Position numbers and translations under genes: made by a program | Notes under the pieces: model-generated | Seen by the model: only the letters and a program-made list of their open reading frames with translations | Told to the model about the DNA's origin: nothing | Database searches by the model: none | Part shown: positions 20,250 through 28,700 of the stretch, piece by piece | Numbering within the stretch: the first letter of the stretch is position 1 | Layout: each line of letters begins with the position of its first letter | Origin: Candidatus Angelobacter sp. | Lineage (GTDB): Bacteria > Acidobacteriota > Terriglobia > Terriglobales > Acidobacteriaceae | NCBI GenBank assembly: GCA_035652415.1 | Contig: DASRDW010000014.1 | Location: 1 to 49,724, forward strand | Length of the DNA: 49,724 nucleotides | Direction of reading: 5' to 3'

Positions 20250-23200
20250 GTGAGTAGAGCTAGGTCCACATCCGTATTGTGGATGTTGCTGCTGGTGTTT
20301 CTCAGCACAGCATCGCGCGGAAGTGTCCCTGCCGGCAGCTCCATTGACAATCAGGCAAGTGCTTCCTACACAGCGTCTTCCGGGACCTCCACAACAGCCG
20401 ATTCCAACGTGGTTCACGTCATTACTCAGGCAGGAGCTGCGGCGCTGACAATTACCAAATCTTCCTCGCAAACCAGCGCAAAGCCGGGCGATCATCCCGC
20501 CTTTACTCTCAACGTTACTAATTCCGGCAGCGTAGACGCGGCTGGAGTCGCTGTCACCATTGATGGCGCTCCCGTTACGCGAGTTGTGATCAGCGATGCC
20601 ATCCCCAACAACACGCGCTTTACTGCGATCGTGAATGCCGGCGGAGCAACACCTCTCTATCACATTCTTGGAACTGGTGCGCAGGCTTATGTGAGCACAG
20701 CGCCCACAGATCTCTCGACGGTTGACTCCGTGGCTTTTGTTTTGACGTCCCTTGCAGCGGGCAACAGCGCCTCGTTCAGCTTCAGCGTCGCCGTCGATAG
20801 CAATGCCAGCGGAACCATCCATAACGTGAGCCAGGTTGCTTTCAATAACGGAGTGGACACAATTGCTCAGTCCAACGCAGTCGATATTCCCGTTTCCGGG
20901 CCGCCGCCGAGCATTGCCTACTATCTTGATTCCAACTTTGCGCGCACCATTCAGGCCACGGCCATGGGCTCGCCCCTGTGGATACAGATTGACGCCGCAG
21001 CCTGCAACCTCGATCCGAGCACGGTTGAGACCAAGCCTATTATTCTCAAGTCACTGCTCACCGGCGACACGGAAACTTTTCTTGCGACCGAGACCGGAGC
21101 CAACACGGGCCTGTTCCGAGTGTTGCCTTCGGTTCCAACGCGCGATGGCGCCAGCAACCCTGTCGCTTCCGGCAACAAGATCATGGAAGTTCTCAGGAAT
21201 GACCAGGTGATTGCGTCGCTCACCGGCTGCGGCGCCAGCACTGTGACCGTTGCCATTTTGATCGATCCGGCGGGCACAATTTTTGACAGCCATACCAATG
21301 CCACCATCGCGGCGGCTTCGGTCACGCTCATTGATGTCAGCGGCAACGGCAATGGCGGCCATCCCAACCAGCCCGCCACCGTGTTGCAGTTCGATGGAGT
21401 TACACCCGCGCCCAGCACCGTTGTGACCAGCGGAAATGGTCAGTTCCAGTTTCCTCAGGTGGCGCCCAGCACTTACCGCATTTCGGTTACGCCGCCGCCA
21501 AGTTTTAGCTTTCCATCCACGGTGCCGCCCGCGCAATTGCCTCCGGGACGCAACATTGATCCCTCAGCTTCCTACAACGGGACATTCACGGTGTCTGCCA
21601 GCAGCGCAACAGCAATCTTTGACGTGCCGCTCGATGCCGCGGCAACGACGCCACTGTTCGTGCAAAAAACCGCGGCACAGCCCCAGGCTGAGGTCGGTAC
21701 CTTTGTTGATTACACCGTGGAAATAAAGAACCTGCTCACCACGCCGGTCACGAACGTACAGGTGACGGATAATTTGCCGCCTGGATTTGTCTATCAGTCG
21801 CGCAGCGCCAGACTGAATGCCGCGCCCATCGCCGATCCGCCCAGCAAAGGCCCGGTGCTGATCTTTAATATCGGCACTCTGGTTCCCAATGCTGATGTAA
21901 ATCTCACGTACCGGGTGCTGATCGGGCCAGGTGCGAACATCGGCGTTGCCGTGAACCATGCCTCTGCAGCCAGCGGCACGCTGCGGTCTAACACGTCAAG
22001 CGCCGCAGTTGTGGTCACTGGAGGCGCATTCAGCGATCAAGGTTTTATCGTGGGCAAAGTTTTCCAGGATTGCAACGGCAATCACATGCAGGATGCGGGC
22101 GAACCCGGTGTCCCCGGCGTGCGGATCTATCTTGAAGACGGGACCTTTGCGATCACCGATGGACAGGGAAAATACAGCATTTATGGCGTGGCGTCTCGCA
22201 CACACATCGTAAAGGTCGATACTCAGAGCCTGCCGCAGGGCGCCAGTCTGCTCGCGATTTCCAGCCGGAACGCCGGCGACGGCGGCAGCCGCTTTGTCGA
22301 TCTGCGCTTTGGAGAAATGCAGAAGGCGGATTTTGCCATCGGCAGCTGTACGCCGGAGATGGCCCAGGAAATCGCGGCGCGGCAGAAGAACGCCGGTGAA
22401 GACAACGAGGTAGGGAAGGCTGTCAAAGCGACATTCAACGTTCAGGAGATTCAAAAAGACCCGACACAACTGAAAGCAATGCCCGCAAGCGGGATGGTGG
22501 ATCCAGCTATAGTTTCACAGGGCAGCGCGAACGCGATTGCTGTGAACTCCCTGAAGAAAGAAGTGGGTTCGCCTGCTCCGGCTTCCATCGCAGCGACCGT
22601 GCCTGCACCGGCCACAGCTCCGGCCACAGCATCGGCAGCGGAGTTGGCCAATCTCAGCAACGATCTGGGTTTTGTGGACCTTCATGACAATGATGTGCTG
22701 CCCTTTACTCAGACCAATGTGCGCATTAAGGGCACGGCCGGGAATACATTCCATCTGCTGGTGAATGGCAAGGAGGCATCAACAAAGCAGGTTGGCACAA
22801 AGACCGTGGTCAAAGATAAACAGTTGGAAGTATGGGAATTCATCGGCATCAACCTTGAACCCGGACGAAACACGGTCCAGGCGCTGCAGTTCGATCCATG
22901 GGGCAACAACCGTGGCGCTGAGTTGATTACGATCATTGCGCCAAGCAAACTGGGAAAGTTAAAGATTACGGGACGCGCCAAAACGTATCCTGCCGACGGA
23001 AAGACGCTGGTCAAGATCGCGATCAACTTGACCGATGCGGCCAATGTTCCCGTCACCGTCCGCACACCCATCACGCTGGAAACCACCGCTGGCTCGTGGA
23101 TAGTCAAAGACCTGAATCCCAACGAGCCAGGAACGCAAGTTTTCATTGAGGGCGGCAAAGCGGAATTCGATCTGCAGCCGCCGATCCAGCCGGGCCCAGC

Positions 23201-25751
23201 AGTCGTGCGCGTCAGCAGTGGCGGAGTCAGCAGTGAAGCCAAACTCGAATTTGTACCAGAGCTGCGCCCGATGGTGGCAGCCGGAGTGGTTGAATATCAG
23301 CTCAATTTTGGCGGCTTGGCGCGGAGCGCGGTGCAACCCTCATTCAATGATGGTTTCGAACAACAGCTCAACCTGTTCTCCATGCAAAATGCCGACGGTT
23401 CATTCGGCTCGTCGGGCCACGCTGCCTTGTTCCTGAAGGGCAAAATACTGGGCTCAAATCTTGTGACGCTGGCCTACGATTCCGACAAGACTACGCAAAG
23501 CCAGTTGTTCCGCGATATCCAGCCGGACCAGTTCTATCCGATCTATGGCGACTCATCTGTGCGTGGCTTTGATGCTCAATCCACCAGCAAGGCTTACCTC
23601 CGCATCGATCACGGAACCAGCTACGTTGTTTATGGCGACTTCCTGACTTCAGACCCTTCCACGGCCAACAGCTTGAGCAACTACAGCCGCAGCATGACCG
23701 GCGTACAGGAACACTACAGCAACAACCGTGTGAACTTGACCGGCTTCGCGAGCTACGATTCGCTGACCCAAGTAGTTGACGAGCTGCCAGCCAACGGAAC
23801 TTCCGGGCCATTTATCCTCTCGAATCCCAACGGGGTAGAGAACAGTGAGAAGGTTGAGGTTCTCACTCGTGACCGGAACCAGCCCTCCGTGATTCTGGAC
23901 ATCCGTGAGCTCACTCGATTTGCCGACTATGAATTTGAGCCGCTGTCAGGCGAGTTGCTCCTGAAAGCGCCTCTGCCGTCGCTCGATTCGAGTCTCAATC
24001 TTCTTTCACTGCGGATTACCTATGAAGTCAATCAAGGTGGTGACCGCTTCTGGGTTGGTGGGGGCACCGGCACCTTTAAGCTGAATAACTTCTTGCAGCT
24101 TGGTGGAACCATGGTTGATGATTCCAATCCCGCGGATCCTAACAAGCTGTTTGGAGTAAATAGCAAGCTGACTCTGCCAGGCAAGACCATGTTCAATGCG
24201 GAGTTTGCCGGCACAGACCATGAAATAACTGAAGGGCTGGGTTTCGGGTATCGCCTGGAAATGCAGCATGACGGTGAAAAGTTGAAGACCAAGGCCTACG
24301 TCAGCCGCACCGACCAGGATTTCGACAATCCGACTTCCATCGTGAATAAGGGTAGAGGCGAGGATGGACTGAAGACCAGCTACACTCTGGGGCAAGGAAT
24401 GCGCTTGCTGGGCGAATATATAAGGACTGAAGACGTAACCTTGGGAGGCGTTCAGCAGGGTGGTTATGCAGGCATTGAAAAGAGTTTCCCCGGCAACATA
24501 CAGTCTCAATTTGGTTTTCGTCACGCAGAGACGACTGCGATCCCGGCAACTCCGGACCAGACCGGCACCACTCCGAACTCCATGAATACACTGGAGGCCA
24601 AACTGAGTTTCCCGGTCCCGCATTTCAATCGCCTCACCGCAACTTCCGACTATGAGCAGGATGTTTCCGATAGCAGCCAACGGGTCCTTGCCTTTGGGGC
24701 GAACTACAGGTTTTGGGAAAAGGGCAGGGTCTATTTCCGGCAGGAAGTGATCTCATCGCTGGGCGACATCTACGCGTTGAATCCGCTACAGCGCCGCAAT
24801 ACTACCCAAATTGGAGTTGAGAGTGCCTACTTCAAAGATGCCCGTGTCTTCAGCGAGTACCGCATTCATGACGACATTGACGGTCGCGATGCCGAAGCCG
24901 CCATTGGCCTGCGCAACAACTGGCACATTGCCAAAGGACTCACCGGCAACACCACAGTCGAGAGCGTGCGCACGCTGAACAACGTTATAGATGGAGTCAG
25001 TATCAATTCTCTGGCTCTTACGGGAGCGTTGGAGTACACAGCTCATGAGAATTGGAAAGCATCTGCCCGGTCGGAGTGGCGTGGCTCAACTAATGGTGAC
25101 AGCATTCTCGGAACGATCGGTTTTGCTGCCCGCTTGTCTGATGCCTGGTCATTCCTGGGCCGCAACATTATTTCAGATACCACCACGAAAGGTACAACAG
25201 AGACCAGAAACATCCAGGACCGCTTGCAGGCCGGCTTCGCATTGCGCGACTTTGAGCGCAACCGCTGGAACGCCCTGGCCATGATGGAATTGAAGAATGA
25301 CAATGACAATTCGCAGCCGACAAACCTGATAAACACTCGCGTCGCCATTTTCTCAACTACTGCCAACTATCAGGTGGCTGCGCCGTTCACACTTTCGGCC
25401 CGTTATGCGGCGGAGTGGAACCTCGATAACACCAGCGGACTTTCAACCTCGGCGACAACGCAGCTGGTCGGTATTCGCGAAACCTGGGATGTGGGCAAGC
25501 GCTGGGATGTGGGCGCAACCTTCAGCACCATGTTCAGCGGCGCTGCCAACTCGCGCCAGTATGAAATGGGGCCGGAGTTCGGATATCGCGTGATATCCAA
25601 CATGTGGGTTTCCACCGGCTACAACTTCACCGGCTTCCGTAATGATGATCTCGCTGGCGAGAACGTGACACGCCGCGGAGCGTTTGTGCGCATGCGCTTC
25701 AAGTTCGATGAAAACATCTTTAGCCCGCGCAAGGAGGCCCAGCAGCAATGA
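20250..25751 (+). CDS. Giant outer-membrane protein: N-terminal DUF11/SdrD-B/Big-like domains fused to a C-terminal ~830-aa beta-barrel-like region
   Basis: The GTG at 20250 is preceded by GAGGAG; the track's TTG start is at 20232. The signal is SRARSTSVLWMLLLVFLSTASRG. DUF11 motifs include FTLNVTNSGSVDAAGVAV and VDYTVEIKNLLTTPVTNVQVTDNLPPGF. An SdrD-B-like motif is VFQDCNGNHMQDAGEPGVPGVRIYLEDG. From about 23240 onward there are at least 20 alternating amphipathic strand pairs (LSLRITYEV, GFGYRLEMQH, VLAFGANYRFW, LALTGALEYTA...). The region ends in the OMP-type terminus GAFVRMRFKF. Confidence 0.75.
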   Translation: MSRARSTSVLWMLLLVFLSTASRGSVPAGSSIDNQASASYTASSGTSTTADSNVVHVITQAGAAALTITKSSSQTSAKPGDHPAFTLNVTNSGSVDAAGVAVTIDGAPVTRVVISDAIPNNTRFTAIVNAGGATPLYHILGTGAQAYVSTAPTDLSTVDSVAFVLTSLAAGNSASFSFSVAVDSNASGTIHNVSQVAFNNGVDTIAQSNAVDIPVSGPPPSIAYYLDSNFARTIQATAMGSPLWIQIDAAACNLDPSTVETKPIILKSLLTGDTETFLATETGANTGLFRVLPSVPTRDGASNPVASGNKIMEVLRNDQVIASLTGCGASTVTVAILIDPAGTIFDSHTNATIAAASVTLIDVSGNGNGGHPNQPATVLQFDGVTPAPSTVVTSGNGQFQFPQVAPSTYRISVTPPPSFSFPSTVPPAQLPPGRNIDPSASYNGTFTVSASSATAIFDVPLDAAATTPLFVQKTAAQPQAEVGTFVDYTVEIKNLLTTPVTNVQVTDNLPPGFVYQSRSARLNAAPIADPPSKGPVLIFNIGTLVPNADVNLTYRVLIGPGANIGVAVNHASAASGTLRSNTSSAAVVVTGGAFSDQGFIVGKVFQDCNGNHMQDAGEPGVPGVRIYLEDGTFAITDGQGKYSIYGVASRTHIVKVDTQSLPQGASLLAISSRNAGDGGSRFVDLRFGEMQKADFAIGSCTPEMAQEIAARQKNAGEDNEVGKAVKATFNVQEIQKDPTQLKAMPASGMVDPAIVSQGSANAIAVNSLKKEVGSPAPASIAATVPAPATAPATASAAELANLSNDLGFVDLHDNDVLPFTQTNVRIKGTAGNTFHLLVNGKEASTKQVGTKTVVKDKQLEVWEFIGINLEPGRNTVQALQFDPWGNNRGAELITIIAPSKLGKLKITGRAKTYPADGKTLVKIAINLTDAANVPVTVRTPITLETTAGSWIVKDLNPNEPGTQVFIEGGKAEFDLQPPIQPGPAVVRVSSGGVSSEAKLEFVPELRPMVAAGVVEYQLNFGGLARSAVQPSFNDGFEQQLNLFSMQNADGSFGSSGHAALFLKGKILGSNLVTLAYDSDKTTQSQLFRDIQPDQFYPIYGDSSVRGFDAQSTSKAYLRIDHGTSYVVYGDFLTSDPSTANSLSNYSRSMTGVQEHYSNNRVNLTGFASYDSLTQVVDELPANGTSGPFILSNPNGVENSEKVEVLTRDRNQPSVILDIRELTRFADYEFEPLSGELLLKAPLPSLDSSLNLLSLRITYEVNQGGDRFWVGGGTGTFKLNNFLQLGGTMVDDSNPADPNKLFGVNSKLTLPGKTMFNAEFAGTDHEITEGLGFGYRLEMQHDGEKLKTKAYVSRTDQDFDNPTSIVNKGRGEDGLKTSYTLGQGMRLLGEYIRTEDVTLGGVQQGGYAGIEKSFPGNIQSQFGFRHAETTAIPATPDQTGTTPNSMNTLEAKLSFPVPHFNRLTATSDYEQDVSDSSQRVLAFGANYRFWEKGRVYFRQEVISSLGDIYALNPLQRRNTTQIGVESAYFKDARVFSEYRIHDDIDGRDAEAAIGLRNNWHIAKGLTGNTTVESVRTLNNVIDGVSINSLALTGALEYTAHENWKASARSEWRGSTNGDSILGTIGFAARLSDAWSFLGRNIISDTTTKGTTETRNIQDRLQAGFALRDFERNRWNALAMMELKNDNDNSQPTNLINTRVAIFSTTANYQVAAPFTLSARYAAEWNLDNTSGLSTSATTQLVGIRETWDVGKRWDVGATFSTMFSGAANSRQYEMGPEFGYRVISNMWVSTGYNFTGFRNDDLAGENVTRRGAFVRMRFKFDENIFSPRKEAQQQ

Positions 25752-28700
25752 GCCTCATGCAACAAAAGAGGGTCTGCCGCGCGGCGTGGAAGACGCTCTG
25801 TCTTCTGCGGACGGCGGTGTTGTCTCCTCGATTTGTGTGGGGATGCGCAGTCTTCTTGCTTCTGCTGGCCAGCATCGTTGACGCCAGGGCGGCGGATGTG
25901 CGCGACCAGGTCTACGCTGTAGGTGTCGACGTTCGAAATATCTACTTGGTGAATGCGAACGGGACGGTCACCAGCCAATTCAGCAACTACTCGGCCACTG
26001 CATCGGCAGCTGCAGCACAGCGAGCCAGCGATGGCGTGATCTACTTCATCACTCAGGTCGCAAACGGTACGGTCTTTACTTGGAACCCTGCAACACCCGC
26101 GACAGCGCCCGTGCAGCTCGGCACCACCGGAGCCTCAGTTCCATATATTCCTCGCCTGGCATTCTCGGCGAGCGGCGTGCTATACGGCGTGGACACGAAC
26201 ACCGCCAACCTTTACATCATTGATCAATCTACGGGCGCGGCAACCGTGGTAGGAGCGCTTTCAGGTGTGCCGGTGAACCTGGGAGGCGACATTGGGTTTG
26301 GACCGGATGGGACCTTATATATGGTCGCCGGCGTTACGATTTATACCGTCCCGCTGACCGGCGGAGCCGTTACCAGTCTGGGGACGATCAGCGGAATTTC
26401 CAGAAATGCGACTGCGATTGTCGGCATAACCTTCAATGCCAGTGGTCAGATGCTCGTTGCGGATGACCAAACGCCCGCGAAGCTCTATACAGTCGCTCTA
26501 CCTTCACGTGTTGCCACGGCGCTTTCCGGAACCATGGCCACATCGCAGGGCGATCTGGCCAGCGCCCCCCGCGTGCAGATCAGCGGTACTGTTTTTGAAG
26601 ACGTCAATTACGGAGGCGGCGCCGGGCGAAGTCTCGCTTCTTCTGCGGGTGTGGGTGTTGCCAACGCACGCGTGGAGCTTTATGACGCCTCCGGGAATTT
26701 TGTCGCTTTCACGACCACGAATGCGTCCGGAAGTTACACCCTGACCGGTGCGCCGGGACTGACTTATACCATCCGTGTGGTCAATTCATCCGTTGACTCA
26801 ACCCGTCCCGGATCGGTTGCAGCGCTCATTGGCGTGCAGACTTTTCGCACGAGTGGGTTGACAGGTACGGTCGGCACAGCGGACACAAACCGTGTCGGCG
26901 GCGAGGATCCCACCAAGATAGATGCAGGTAATGGCAGCACAACTTTGGCTGCTCTGACCACATCGACTACTACCGCTGAATCAATCACCAGCGTTTCGCT
27001 CGGTGCAAGCAGTGTTACCGGAATCGATTTTGGATTCAACTTCGACACTATTGTAAGCACGCGCGATTCTGGGCAAGGGACTCTGCGTCAATTCATTACC
27101 AACAGCAACACGCTGACGAATGCGGGACTCAGCCAATCAGGCCAAACCGCCGGCGTGGAAACCAGCATCTTTATGATCTCCAATGGCGCTGCGGTGCCCG
27201 GGTTGCGCGCTGGGCTCACGAATCAGTTGACCGGCAGCGTGGCGCAAATCATTCCCGCGACCCAGTTGCCCGCAATCACTGATAGCAACACATCAATCGA
27301 CGGAACCACGCAAACGAGCAACCTGAACGATACAAACTCAGGGACTCTGGGCGCCGGCGGCACGGTTGGAGTGGATTCGCTGACCTTGTCAACAGTGAAC
27401 AGGCCGGACGTACAGATCAGTACGGCCCAGGGAACGATTGGGCTGGGAATCCAGATTCAGGGCAGCAATACCCGGCTGCGCGGCCTTGCTATTTTTGGTT
27501 TCGGGACCGCAGCCAATACCAACGGCAGCGCCAACATTGAAATTGAGACCGGCGGCAGCAACGCCAGCCTCAAGCAATTAATCGTGGGAACCAGCGCTAC
27601 CGCTTTCAGCGATCCCGGAGCGACCGTGCGCTCACGCGGTGACAATATTCGCTCCAACGGCGGCGATAGCGGAACGGTGCAAAACAGCCTGATCGGATTC
27701 TCACAAGGGAAAGGCATTGCTCTGGAAGCGACATCGACCGGCTGGACCATCCAAAATAATGAGGTGCGCGGCAACGGGATTAACAATCCAGGATTCGGCG
27801 GGATGAACATCGGTACCGGTTCCACTGCCACCGTCAGTGGCAATTTGTTTATTGCTTCGCAGGGGCCGGGAATCGATACGTCGCAAAGTTCCGGCGGCTA
27901 TACGCTCACTGACAACACGGTCACCGGCAACGGTACGGGCAGCGGCGCGACACTCGTGGATGCCGGAATTCGCATCTTTGGCAGCGGGAACACGGTGAGT
28001 AAGAACGTGATCTCCAGCAACGTGGGCGCTGGAATACTGGTGACGTTGGGCTCGCCGACTACCACCATCACGCGAAACTCTATTTCCCTGAACGGGACCG
28101 CAGGCGGCACGCCGACCCATGAAGTCGGCATCGACTTGCTCTCCGCGAGCGACAATCAATTGTTAGGCACTTCTCCGTTTGTTACGCTGAATTCTGCTGG
28201 AACACATACGGGCGGCAATGGCTTGTTGAATTATCCGATTCTACAAACCGCAACCATCAGCTCAGGCATACTCACGCTTACTGGATTCGCTCGACCGGGC
28301 TCAGTCATCGAACTTTTCATCGCCAATCCCGATCCTTCAGGTTTTGGACAGGGTCAGACCTTCGTGACGACCCTGACTGAAGGCTCAGCGTCTGACCTGG
28401 ACAACACGACTGGAACTTACGGCCCAGCTGCGATCAACGGAATCAGCCAGGGAACCGATACCACGAACCGTTTCAAATTCGTCATCACAGTGCCGTCAGG
28501 CGTGGGAACAGGCACCGTGCTGACGGCAACGGCTACGCTGGGCGGCGCAACATCAGAGTTCAGCGGCAATGTCACCGTGTCAGTCTCAACCGTCGTCAAC
28601 GGAACCGTCTACCTCGATACCAATCATAATGGCGCATTGGATAGCGGTGAGACGTGGACCAGCGGCGCTCCCGTTTTCGTGAACCTGGTCTCGAGTGGGG

